In this document: positions 1 to 9,212 of the stretch, piece by piece
Numbering within the stretch: position 1 is the first letter of the stretch
Layout of the letters: each line of letters begins with the position of its first letter
IMG/VR virus record: IMGVR_UViG_3300033146_001994
Span: 1-64,000 of that record
Reading direction: 5' to 3' (one strand)
DNA length: 64,000 nucleotides
DNA from: a virus
Notes under the pieces: generated by a model
Seen by the model: the letters and a program-made list of their open reading frames with translations, nothing else
The model's database searches: none
What the model was told of the DNA's origin: nothing
Position numbers and translations under genes: made by a program

Positions 1-4
1 TATT

Positions 5-205
5 ATGAGAAAATTTAATTTAGAAGCGAAAATAACAATTAGTGTTCATACTGTTGTTGATGCAAATTCACTTGAAGAAGCAATTAAAATTGCAGAACAA
101 AGAGATGATATTTTCCACGCAACATATCAAAATGGCAATGAAGATGAACATTGGATTATTGATGATTTTGATGGTTTACCTATGGATATTCATTTAGAAG
201 AATAA
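5..205 (+). CDS. Small hypothetical protein (putative cassette gene 1)
   Basis: 66 aa ORF whose stop is followed directly by the left arm of repeat element A. Confidence 0.7.
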   Translation: MRKFNLEAKITISVHTVVDANSLEEAIKIAEQRDDIFHATYQNGNEDEHWIIDDFDGLPMDIHLEE

Positions 206-206
206 T

Positions 207-348
207 GCACCACAACGGTAAAGTGTATGGTGCGTTGCCATACAAAGAGATAATGTTCAATCTAATAAAATAAATTTGATATGAGTGATAAAATAAAAAA
301 TACAGGACAAAGTGGCAATGACACTATACACAGTGTTATACACAGTCC
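207..348 (+). repeat. attC-like inverted-repeat element A
   Basis: AAC(214-216)...GTGTATGGTGCGTTGCCA(223-240) pairs with TGGCAATGACACTATACAC(313-331)...GTT(335-337); AAC-to-GTT span 124 nt. Confidence 0.8.
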
Positions 349-486
349 TAATGAATTAGAGCCAGTTTTAGCAAAAATCGAACATATAAACGATTTGGGA
401 AAATCCGAATGGTATGAAGTAGTTTAAAAACATTTGAAGATGGTGAAAAAGTTGTAAAATGGAAATATTGTAAGGATTGTGTATAA
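281..486 (+). pseudogene. Frameshifted small gene (putative cassette gene 2)
   Basis: MSDKIKNTGQ...SEWYEVV* (281-427); another frame continues KTFEDGEKVVKWKYCKDCV* to TAA 484-486, which overlaps the TAAC of element B. Confidence 0.6.
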
Positions 487-618
487 CGATTTGAATATGA
501 AATGTAGGCAATTTGAAACACCTACTTTCAATTACCAACAGAACTTAAATAAAAGAGATAAATTAACTAATTAATAACTTGTTGCCTATATTTTATATTT
601 GTTGTTAGGCAACGTAAA
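474..618 (+). repeat. attC-like inverted-repeat element B
   Basis: AAC(485-487)...GAATATGAAATGTAGGCAA(493-511) pairs with TTGCCTATATTTTATATTT(582-600)...GTT(604-606); span 122 nt. Confidence 0.8.
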
Positions 619-628
619 TTAAAAGATA

Positions 629-817
629 ATGACAAGAAGTGAAGCATATTATCAGATGAAAACATTAGGAAATTTAGTAACTCATAAATCTTTTACGAAA
701 CACGAATTTTTAACTTGGGAACAAAATCAAATTAAAACAGAAGATGGGTATGACTTTTCGTCTCAATTTCATAATTTAAAGCAATTTGAAGATGGTTGGT
801 CGCTTTATGTTGCCTAA
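629..817 (+). CDS. Small hypothetical protein (putative cassette gene 3)
   Basis: 62 aa ORF; stop TAA lies inside GTTGCCTAAC (809-818), the reverse complement of GTTAGGCAAC (604-613) upstream of the gene. Confidence 0.75.
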   Translation: MTRSEAYYQMKTLGNLVTHKSFTKHEFLTWEQNQIKTEDGYDFSSQFHNLKQFEDGWSLYVA

Positions 818-935
818 CTAGATGCTAGAAAACATATTTATTCAAAATGATAAATATGTACAATATAACTTTATATATAGAAAAACTAAAGAAACAAAAC
901 AATATTAATAAATAAACTAATTAATTAAATTTATT

Positions 936-1460
936 ATGCAGATAAATATAGTAAATAATTCAAAACTTGAATTACCCAAGTATGCCCACAATGGGGATGC
1001 AGGAATAGATTTAAAAGCTGATTTTTCAAAAGAAACTTTAAAATCATTAAAATTTACAGGACAACTTAGTGTAAATAATAATACTGATATTACAATTAAT
1101 AATGGAGAAAATCCGATACAAAGCATAGTTTTATTCCCAAATACTAGAGTATTAGTACCTACAAATTTACATGTACAATTGCCTAAAAACACACAGTTAG
1201 AAATAAGGTCAAGGTCAGGATGGGCACTAAAAGAGGGAATTACATTACTAAACTCTCCTGGGACTATTGATTCTAATTATACAGGCAGTATTGGAGCAAT
1301 ACTTATAAACTTAAGTAATTCACCTGTAACAATTAGTCAAGGCGATAGAGTTGCACAGGCTGTACTAATGCCCTACATTCCTATAGAATGGAATGAAGTA
1401 TATAATCTAAATACTACTAATAGAGGAACATCAGGATTTGGTGATTCAGGTAAAAACTAA
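936..1460 (+). CDS. dut: dUTPase (trimeric)
   Basis: Motifs AGIDL, RSG, GTIDSNYTG, GDRVAQ, RGTSGFG. Confidence 0.95.
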   Translation: MQINIVNNSKLELPKYAHNGDAGIDLKADFSKETLKSLKFTGQLSVNNNTDITINNGENPIQSIVLFPNTRVLVPTNLHVQLPKNTQLEIRSRSGWALKEGITLLNSPGTIDSNYTGSIGAILINLSNSPVTISQGDRVAQAVLMPYIPIEWNEVYNLNTTNRGTSGFGDSGKN

Positions 1461-1474
1461 TAAATAATATAACT

Positions 1475-2164
1475 ATGAAATATATTGAGAATTTAACAGA
1501 ACAGGAAATTTTAAAGTTGACAAATACTGATATTGATAAAATGGTCAGGCTAAAGGTGGCAAAAAAAGGAATTAAGTTTCTTACTCTTCCAAAAGAGCCT
1601 GCGTACATCAAAACTACTCCACCTACAACAAAAGTATATTATTGCAATTTGTTAGGAAGAAAACTTTCCTTTACAGATAAACATGAATTAGACGATGTAA
1701 TAGATGTATTAAATTCCTGTAAAAGTAAATGTACTATTGATAGGGATTATAATTTGCCAGGAGATAATCCAGGATATTTAAAGAAGGAGCTTGAAAATGC
1801 AAATTGGAGTAGTGATACCCCTGATTCTATAAAGACAGAAATGGTATATACAAACAAAGAGTATAATATTTTCAGCAAAATTACAAGAGAAAATTCTAAA
1901 TTACAAAGTGTTTTTAAAAAAGCAATGCAGGAATATGAAGTATTTCAAAAAGAATTAGATAGTATAAAGGATGAAATATTGCAATATATAAAACCTGTTA
2001 TAGATAAGTATGCGTTGCTTGAAGAGTGTATTCACGTGTTTAAAAAAGAATATTTACCTTTAGCAGAAAATAATGAAGAAATTTCAATAGAATTTTTAGG
2101 TAAAGCATATAACTTATCAACAGAACAGAAAGATTATGTGCTAAAGAATTATAGAAAAGAATAA
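1475..2164 (+). CDS. Hypothetical phage protein
   Basis: 229 aa ORF, co-oriented with neighbours. Confidence 0.75.
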   Translation: MKYIENLTEQEILKLTNTDIDKMVRLKVAKKGIKFLTLPKEPAYIKTTPPTTKVYYCNLLGRKLSFTDKHELDDVIDVLNSCKSKCTIDRDYNLPGDNPGYLKKELENANWSSDTPDSIKTEMVYTNKEYNIFSKITRENSKLQSVFKKAMQEYEVFQKELDSIKDEILQYIKPVIDKYALLEECIHVFKKEYLPLAENNEEISIEFLGKAYNLSTEQKDYVLKNYRKE

Positions 2165-2210
2165 TTTTATGTATATTTATAAATTCTTTCATAATTGGTT
2201 TGTTTAGTTT

Positions 2211-2252
2211 ACAGCAAGGAGATATTTCAATAGATATTCTTCTTGCTGTTTT
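2211..2252 (+). terminator. Rho-independent terminator
   Basis: ACAGCAAGGAG...TTCTTCTTGCTGT stem followed by T run. Confidence 0.65.
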
Positions 2253-2268
2253 AATTTAAATTATAAAT

Positions 2269-2481
2269 ATGGAAAATAAAATAATCAATCAAAAAGCAAT
2301 ATTATATATAGGAATGTTATTCTACTTTATTGGAATAGTGTTACTTATAATAGAATGTGATGCTTTTTCAATAGGAATATCACTTCTAGGAGCATGTTTT
2401 ATTGGAATATCTCTAAGCAACTTAAATAATTTATATAAAGCCTATGAAACAGACAGGAACAATAAGAATAGTTTCCGATAA
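2269..2481 (+). CDS. Small membrane protein
   Basis: 70 aa with two hydrophobic segments. Confidence 0.65.
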   Translation: MENKIINQKAILYIGMLFYFIGIVLLIIECDAFSIGISLLGACFIGISLSNLNNLYKAYETDRNNKNSFR

Positions 2482-3668
2482 TCCAAAGTATTCTAAATTT
2501 ATACAATGGTCTAAAGAGGAAGCATTAGCATTCTTAAATACCTTAGATTCTATTGCACTAGATATTGAAACATCTGGACTAAATGCTCATAAAGATATAA
2601 TATATCTAGTGCAGTTAGGTAATGCAGATATTCAGGTAGTAATAGATGCACTTACTATTGACATAGTATTTTTTAAAAAATTACTAGAAACTAAGGAACT
2701 TGTTATACAAAATGCTCAATTTGGGTTACAATTCCTATTTAAAAAAGATATACAAGTTACTAAAATACATGATGCAATGCTTGTAGAAAGTGTGTTGTAT
2801 GGAGGATATAATAATAAGGCTGATTTAGCAAATATAACTACTTTATTAGATGCAAGTATAGCAAATAAGTACATAACTAGGAGATTTAGTTTAAATGCTC
2901 TAACAACTAAATACTGTAACATCACACTAGATAGAAATATTTACAGTATAATCACATCTATTGGAATAAACAATACAGTTATAGAATATGTAGCAGATAA
3001 CGTAAAATATATGCATGCTATAAAAGAGCAACAGCTTGCTGCTTATAAAAATCATCAAATTGTATACAAGGTAGATGGAAATTTAATTGACTTGGAAAAC
3101 AAAGTTGCTATTGTATTAGCTAAAATGCTTTTTAATGGAGTGCTTGTAGACAAAGAAAAATATAAAAACACTGTTATAGATGAAGTAAACACTGTTATTA
3201 TAGAGAGTATAAAAGAACTTGACAATAATATACTAAACGACAGTAGATTTAAAAAATGGCATGCTTATCAATTAGATTTATTTTCTACAATTAAATCCAC
3301 AGGCATAAATTGGAATAGTAACGTTGTGAAACTTGAAATTTTAAAAGAAATAGATGCTAATATTGAATCGACAGGTACACCCGTTCTAAGAAAACATGTA
3401 AAAGCTCATCCAATTATAGCAAATCTTGTATCATATAGTAAATCTAAAAAATTACAAAGCTCTTTTGGAGAAGCTTTGCTAGAGCATATAGATAGTAGTA
3501 CAGGTAGAATACATTCTAATATACAGCAGATATTGTCTACTGGAAGAATTTCTATGAGTAACCCAAATTTATTACAAATTCCTAGTAAAGGTAAACTGGG
3601 AAAGGTCATTAGAAGCTGTTTTATACCTAGAGATGGATACGATGTGGTAGGTGGCGATTATAGTAGCT
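2444..3668 (+). CDS. polA: DNA polymerase family A, exon 1 (3'-5' exonuclease domain to motif A)
   Basis: LDIETSG, TGRIHSNIQQ, STGRISMSNPNLLQIP, GGDYSS; frame breaks in the middle of motif A. Confidence 0.9.
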
Positions 3669-4219
3669 TAACTAATTAAATTGGCATGTTTATTTATGTA
3701 ATGTATACAACATTTTTTTTGTATATGTGTAAAAATGACATGGGTAAAGTAAATAAAAATGATGAAATGCTTGTAATAAAAGCATATAAAAGCAATTTTA
3801 GTTGTAATTCTATTGCAAAAGAATTCAAAATTAGTACTGAAACAATTGTCTGAATATTTAATAGATAATAACATTTTTTTTTACTAGTACATATACTTCT
3901 AATTTATACAGTATAAATATTCTTAGATATAAAGAAGTAACTAAACTGTACAATTTACTTTACAATAATGCATCTATTTTTCTTAAGCGAAAGAAAGATA
4001 GAATGAGGCTAGCTCCAGTGAAAATTGGAGTTAAAAATATACCTTAAATTCAGGGAAAGTTTGCATGCCAACCCTGAGCAAAATCTATACACCTTAATGG
4101 TAAATAGGATAATGAACTGTCCTTAGGAAAGTATATAGAGATGTGCAACGACTATAATAGGTATGCCCTAACATTAAGTTGAGGGTAAAGGGATAGTCTG
4201 GCTAGAAGAAAACTAGTTG
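3669..4219 (+). mobile_element. Group I intron in polA with degenerate homing endonuclease
   Basis: Core AAATTCAGGGAA(4046-4057), AACCCTGAGC(4070-4079), GCAACGACTAT(~4145-4155), GGATAGTC(~4191-4198); P3 ATACCT/AGGTAT; exon ends in U, intron ends in G; splicing gives DYSSFELAIIAE. Confidence 0.85.
3740..4047 (+). pseudogene. Remnant intron-encoded (LAGLIDADG-type) homing endonuclease
   Basis: N-terminal HTH-like MGKVNK...SIAKEFKISTETIV* and, in another frame, C-terminal LYNNASIFLKRKKD typical of phage LAGLIDADG proteins; middle missing. Confidence 0.6.
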
Positions 4220-4941
4220 TCGAATTGGCTATAATTGCAGAATTATCACAAGACCCGTTGTGGATAAATACATTAAACGATGGTAAAAATTTACACACTG
4301 TTCTATGTGCACAAACTTTTGATATTACAGAAGATGAGGTTAATCATATATTTCCTTATAATAAGGATTTAACTTATAGGGCAGTACAGAAAACGATTGA
4401 TTTTGGATTAGCATATGGTATGTCAAAATTTAAGTTATCAGATACTATAGGTATTTCTGAAAAAGATGCAGAGATACTTATAGAAAAATTCTTTAGTAAA
4501 GTACCTAAAGTAAAACAGTTTTTAACCGTTCTAGGAACATTAGGTAGCAAAAGGGGTTTTATAAAAGTACCTAATCCTTACGGAAGAGTTAGATTTTTCC
4601 CAAAGTTTAATGTAATTGAAAATGAACAGGTAGATTCAAGAACTAAAAATATATGGATGGGGGAAATAAGTAGAGCTTCCATGAATACACCTATACAGGG
4701 AATAAATGCAAACGCTATAAAATTAGCATTGGTAAATGTACAAGCTTATATAGATGAACATAACTACCCTGCTAGTATATTATTAAGTATATATGATGAA
4801 ATTCAAACTGAATGTAAAAAAGAATATTCACAGGAATGGAAAACAATACTTGAGGATATAATGCTAAAAAGTGCTAAAGTATTTATAAAATCTGTTCCAA
4901 TACAGGCAGATTGTGATATACATGATTGTTGGACTAAATAA
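4220..4941 (+). CDS. polA: DNA polymerase family A, exon 2 (motifs A-C)
   Basis: ELAIIAELSQD, RAVQKTIDFGLAYG, NTPIQG, SIYDEI. Confidence 0.9.
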
Positions 4942-4947
4942 AAACTT

Positions 4948-6192
4948 ATGAAAGATAGAGAAAGTATAAATAAAGAACTAAGAGCCATTTATAGAAAATA
5001 TAATTTGCTAAATGGTACTTTTGTTGTTGAAATGGGTACAGGAAAGACTAAACTAGGCATAGATTTAATAAAGGAATATGAGCCTGACACAGTACTTATA
5101 GTTAGTCCTAGTACTAATATTTCAGGAGATACAAAAGAGTTAAATGTGTGGGAAAAGGAGTTTATTAAATGGGGTAATTCTATCAGCAAGGTTACTTATA
5201 TGACTATTAATAAAGCTTATAAATTACAAAATAGTTATTATGATATGATTATTTTAGATGAAGTACATGCTATATTAACTCCTGAGTTTTCCAAAGTATT
5301 AAAAAATAATTCTTTTGGTAGGATTATAGGGCTGACAGGAACACCAGATATTGTAGATAAAAAAGATAAACGATACCTTTATAACACCTTTTGCCCAATC
5401 ATTGCGGTGTATAAAAATGCAGCTAAAGATAGTATTATAAATAAAACCAGAATATTTGTATTTAATTATCGATTAACTAATGATTTAAAAACACTTAGCG
5501 GCAATCCTAAAAATCCATTTAAACAAGGTGAATTGGATAAATATGAATATTTGAATAAAAACGTTCGCAAGCTAGAAAAGCAACTATATTCTAATGGATT
5601 TGAGTATTTTTGGAAAGATTCCATGCATATTTTAAAGGATAAAAAGGCTCCTGATAAGCTAAAAATCCTTGCAGGCTCCTATATTAAGAGTATTCAGAAT
5701 AGAAAAGAATTTTTATTAAGTTTAAAATTAACTGTGGAATATGCAAAAGTTATAGCAAAAGCGGTTCTTGATGATATAAATAACAAAGTTCTTGTATTTT
5801 CTGAAAGAGTTGATGCACTTAGTGAAATTACCTCAAATGCGATTTCATATAAAAATAGTGCACAGCAAAATTCTAAGCTGATTGAAGATTTTAACAGAGG
5901 TACAATACGAATATTAGGTGCTTCTAAAAAACTTACTTTAGGAGAAAACCTAATTGGAGCTAACTATGGTATAATTAGTAATATAGTAGGTTCCTCTGTA
6001 CAATTTGAACAGAAGAAAGGGAGATTGCATAGGCTGTCTGTAAATGAAACTGCTACTATGGTTATTCTTTGCGCAGAAAATACTCAACAAAAAGCATGGA
6101 CACAAAATGCTTTAAAGACAATGGATTCTAAAACAATTGTAACATATAATGACCTTAACCTTTTAATAAAAGATATATGGAAAAATCATTAA
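4948..6192 (+). CDS. Superfamily 2 helicase
   Basis: MGTGKT, ILDEVH, GLTGTP, QKKGRLHR motifs. Confidence 0.85.
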   Translation: MKDRESINKELRAIYRKYNLLNGTFVVEMGTGKTKLGIDLIKEYEPDTVLIVSPSTNISGDTKELNVWEKEFIKWGNSISKVTYMTINKAYKLQNSYYDMIILDEVHAILTPEFSKVLKNNSFGRIIGLTGTPDIVDKKDKRYLYNTFCPIIAVYKNAAKDSIINKTRIFVFNYRLTNDLKTLSGNPKNPFKQGELDKYEYLNKNVRKLEKQLYSNGFEYFWKDSMHILKDKKAPDKLKILAGSYIKSIQNRKEFLLSLKLTVEYAKVIAKAVLDDINNKVLVFSERVDALSEITSNAISYKNSAQQNSKLIEDFNRGTIRILGASKKLTLGENLIGANYGIISNIVGSSVQFEQKKGRLHRLSVNETATMVILCAENTQQKAWTQNALKTMDSKTIVTYNDLNLLIKDIWKNH

Positions 6193-6812
6193 ATCACCAT
6201 GTGGAAACCTATCTAAATAATATAGAAACCTTAGGGCATAATACTTTCTATATATATTTCTTATTATACTTATGCTATAAAAAAGAGTATAATACTTTAG
6301 ATAAAATTCTCAACATTACAGATACACACGATAAAGTGTTAAAGTATTTTATTGGTAAAAGGTTTCTCTATTCCAATACTGATACTAAGATTACTTTTAA
6401 ATCAGCATTAGCTCCTAAGATTATTAATATGTTTAAAACAGAGACTGTTATTAAAAAGGAAGTTTTAGCTTTACCTGAATATAATAGTACTAATATTAAA
6501 GACTGGATTAATGAATGGAGAAATTTATTTCCAAAAGGGGTTAACTCTAATGGATATAGATACAGAGGAGACAAACAGGGATGCTATGTCAAGATGAAAA
6601 AGTTTTTAAAAGAGCATCCTGATATACCTGTAACAGATATTTTTAAGGCTACTAAACATCATATTGACATGCTGTCTTTAAAAGGTTCAATTAGCTATTT
6701 AAAATTAGCACATTATTTTATTTATAAAGATAAAATATCGACACTAGCTTCTGAAATAGAAAATTTAGGTAACAGTACTGATTTAGATTATTCATTTATA
6801 ACTAGATTATGA
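6177..6812 (+). CDS. Hypothetical protein (replication-associated by position)
   Basis: 211 aa between the SF2 helicase and DnaB. Confidence 0.7.
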   Translation: MEKSLNHHVETYLNNIETLGHNTFYIYFLLYLCYKKEYNTLDKILNITDTHDKVLKYFIGKRFLYSNTDTKITFKSALAPKIINMFKTETVIKKEVLALPEYNSTNIKDWINEWRNLFPKGVNSNGYRYRGDKQGCYVKMKKFLKEHPDIPVTDIFKATKHHIDMLSLKGSISYLKLAHYFIYKDKISTLASEIENLGNSTDLDYSFITRL

Positions 6813-6979
6813 GAATATTTATATTTTTAATGTCTATTCTCATGTTAAGTATAGAGCTAATAGATTCTGTATTTATTGATATGCTGAATAAAATACTGAT
6901 AATTATATGCATTATTATTATAAATTTGGTTGTTTTAATTATTTACCCTGAAAATAAAAATATACATAATGATTTTTAA
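6809..6979 (+). CDS. Small membrane protein (not in ORF track)
   Basis: 56 aa MRIFIFLMSILMLSIELIDSVF...; ATGA overlap with the upstream stop; two hydrophobic stretches; fills the gap. Confidence 0.55.
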   Translation: MRIFIFLMSILMLSIELIDSVFIDMLNKILIIICIIIINLVVLIIYPENKNIHNDF

Positions 6980-7763
6980 TAGAGTTATAGAACAAATAAA
7001 GATTAATAAGCAAATAAAAGATTCAGGTGGATATAATGCAATTCCTTGGACAAGTTTGCCTAAATTTTCATCTGTACTACCTGGAGTAATGCAGAAAACT
7101 TACTATTTAGTTACTGCTAATAGTAAGGTAGGTAAAAGTCAAATATCTGACTTTATGTTTGTCTTAGAGCCTTATAAATTTGTAAATACTTTTAAAGATA
7201 GTGGAATTACACTAGATATTGATTATTTTATTCTTGAAATGAGTAAAGAAGAAAAAATATTACAATATATAGCACATTTCTTATATACGGATAAAAACAT
7301 TAGAATATCACCTAAGAAACTTTTATCCATGTTTAAGGAAAAAACGCTCTCAAATGAAATTTTCAACATAACAAAGTCAATGGAAATGGCTAATAAATTT
7401 GAAAATTTCGAATCAATCATTCACCTAGAAGATTCTATAAGCAATCCTTATGGAATTTATAAAAAATGTAAACAAGATGCAGAAAAAAATGGACAGTGGA
7501 TAGCTAAGAATGGTAATAAAGTCAGTTGGGATGACTTGAAAAAGAAAGATTCTGATGTGTATAAATATTTATCACATTATGAACCATACAATCCTAAAAG
7601 ATATAAAATTATAATTGTTGACCATACAAGTCTTTTATCTCCTGAGAAAAGCACAGGGGGTACTACATTTGCTTCAATGGATAATTGGAGTGCTGTTAGA
7701 GCATTAGATTTAAAGAAAAAATATGGATTTACTATTGTAGACGTACAACAGCAAAGTGCGGAT
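6969..7763 (+). CDS. dnaB: DnaB-like replicative helicase, exon 1
   Basis: Walker A ANSKVGKS, LEMS, IIIVDH, VDVQQQSAD. Confidence 0.85.
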
Positions 7764-8134
7764 ATTTAAAAAAAAATAATTGTTGTTGTAAAAATATCTT
7801 CAAATCATATTAAAATATATTGTTGTTTAATAGTGTAATAAATTCTTTTATGTGTGAAAACATGAAATATAAATTACACAATGTCCGCATTAAATTGGAT
7901 GAATTGCTGGAAAACTAAATAAAATATAGAGTTTATATTTTACATGTCAATCAGCAGCCAAGCAAAACTTAGGTTAAAAGAGTTTTGAAGGTTCAACGAC
8001 TAGGAGAATGAGCCTAACAATAATTTCTCCCAAGAGCGTCCGACACTATGAATTTTTTTATAGTGATGATATAGTCTAAACTTATAAGAAATTATAAGAA
8101 CTAAGTGGTAAACTCACTTAGGGTAATAAAATTG
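7764..8134 (+). mobile_element. Group I intron in DnaB-like helicase (ORF-less)
   Basis: IGS GTCCGCATT(7883-7891) pairs with exon AGTGCGGAT, giving U.G at the splice site; AATTGCTGGAA, AATCAGCAGCCAAG, GTTCAACGACTA, GATATAGTCT core; terminal G; in-frame join QQQSAD|SEKQQY. Confidence 0.9.
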
Positions 8135-8512
8135 AGTGAAAAACAACAATACAGTTTTAAAGGTAATTCAATTATAGAAAAGGTAAAACCATCACTAGAT
8201 GGACTTGGAGATAATAAAAAAACTCAACGAAATGTAGATATAGTTTTAGGATTATTCTCTCCTGCTAGATATAATATTACTAATTATCCAATAGGATATG
8301 GAGATTCAGCCTCGTCATATGCAATCAATAGGATGGGCGATGCTTATAGAGAGCTATCTATACTTGCCAACAGGTCAGGTGGAGGATTACACTCTGTAGA
8401 TTTATATTTTGATGGTGCAGTTAATTATTTTAAAGAATTACCTACAACATTAGGAGAACGAGATTATATAAATATTCAAAATAGAAAAATTAAACATGAA
8501 ATTACCTACTGA
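8135..8512 (+). CDS. dnaB: DnaB-like replicative helicase, exon 2
   Basis: KPSLDGLGDNK, VLGLFSP, ILANRSG, LYFDGAVNYFKELP. Confidence 0.85.
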   Translation, partial: SEKQQYSFKGNSIIEKVKPSLDGLGDNKKTQRNVDIVLGLFSPARYNITNYPIGYGDSASSYAINRMGDAYRELSILANRSGGGLHSVDLYFDGAVNYFKELPTTLGERDYINIQNRKIKHEITY

Positions 8513-9212
8513 ATTTATAGAGCCATTAACAATAAATCCTAGGATTTTAATATTATTTGGTAAGCCTAAATGTGGTAAAACCTCAGCATTGGCACAGTTA
8601 GAAGATAATCTATTAATTGATTTAGAAAAGGGTTCTGATTTTGTACGTGCATTAAAAGTAAATGTAAATAATTTAGAAGAATTAAAAGACTTGAAACAAA
8701 GCCTGCAAGAATCTAAACATAAATATAAATATATTACTTTTGATACTGCTACAAAATTAGAAGAAATAGTATTACCTTTAGCTCTTGCTAAATATAAAAC
8801 AACACCGCAAGGTAAAAATACTACTGTAAGAGATGTCAGGCATATAGCAAATGGATTAGGGTATCTCTTTTTAAGGGAGTCTTATAAAGAGGTAATTGAT
8901 GGATTTAGAGAATTTGCTGACTGTCTTATTCTTTTAGGGCATGTAAAAGATAAACAAATTACAAATAAGGACGGAGATTATACTGAACTTACATTGGATT
9001 TGTCAGGAAAATTAGCTAATATTATGACCGCTAATTCTGATGCTCTTGGATATGTGTATAGAAAAGATAATTTAACTTTAGTAGATTTTACTACTACTGG
9101 AACATTAGTAGCAGGCGCTAGAGTTGAACATTTAAGAGGTAAAACCATTACTTTAACAGAAAGTGATGAAAACGGAGTATTAACAACTCACTGGGATAGA
9201 ATTTTTAAATAA
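8496..9212 (+). CDS. AAA/P-loop ATPase (Sak4-like recombination protein)
   Basis: FGKPKCGKT, LLIDLEKGS, ITFDT, ILLGH. Confidence 0.8.
   Translation: MKLPTEFIEPLTINPRILILFGKPKCGKTSALAQLEDNLLIDLEKGSDFVRALKVNVNNLEELKDLKQSLQESKHKYKYITFDTATKLEEIVLPLALAKYKTTPQGKNTTVRDVRHIANGLGYLFLRESYKEVIDGFREFADCLILLGHVKDKQITNKDGDYTELTLDLSGKLANIMTANSDALGYVYRKDNLTLVDFTTTGTLVAGARVEHLRGKTITLTESDENGVLTTHWDRIFK

Noticed and set aside
207-818. CRISPR array or simple terminators as the explanation for the repeats
   Set aside because: There are no identical direct repeats with spacers; the stems enclose ~70 nt loops or whole genes and lack U-tails.
3668-8135. polA and dnaB as pseudogenes
   Set aside because: Both interruptions carry complete group I intron cores and splice back in frame.
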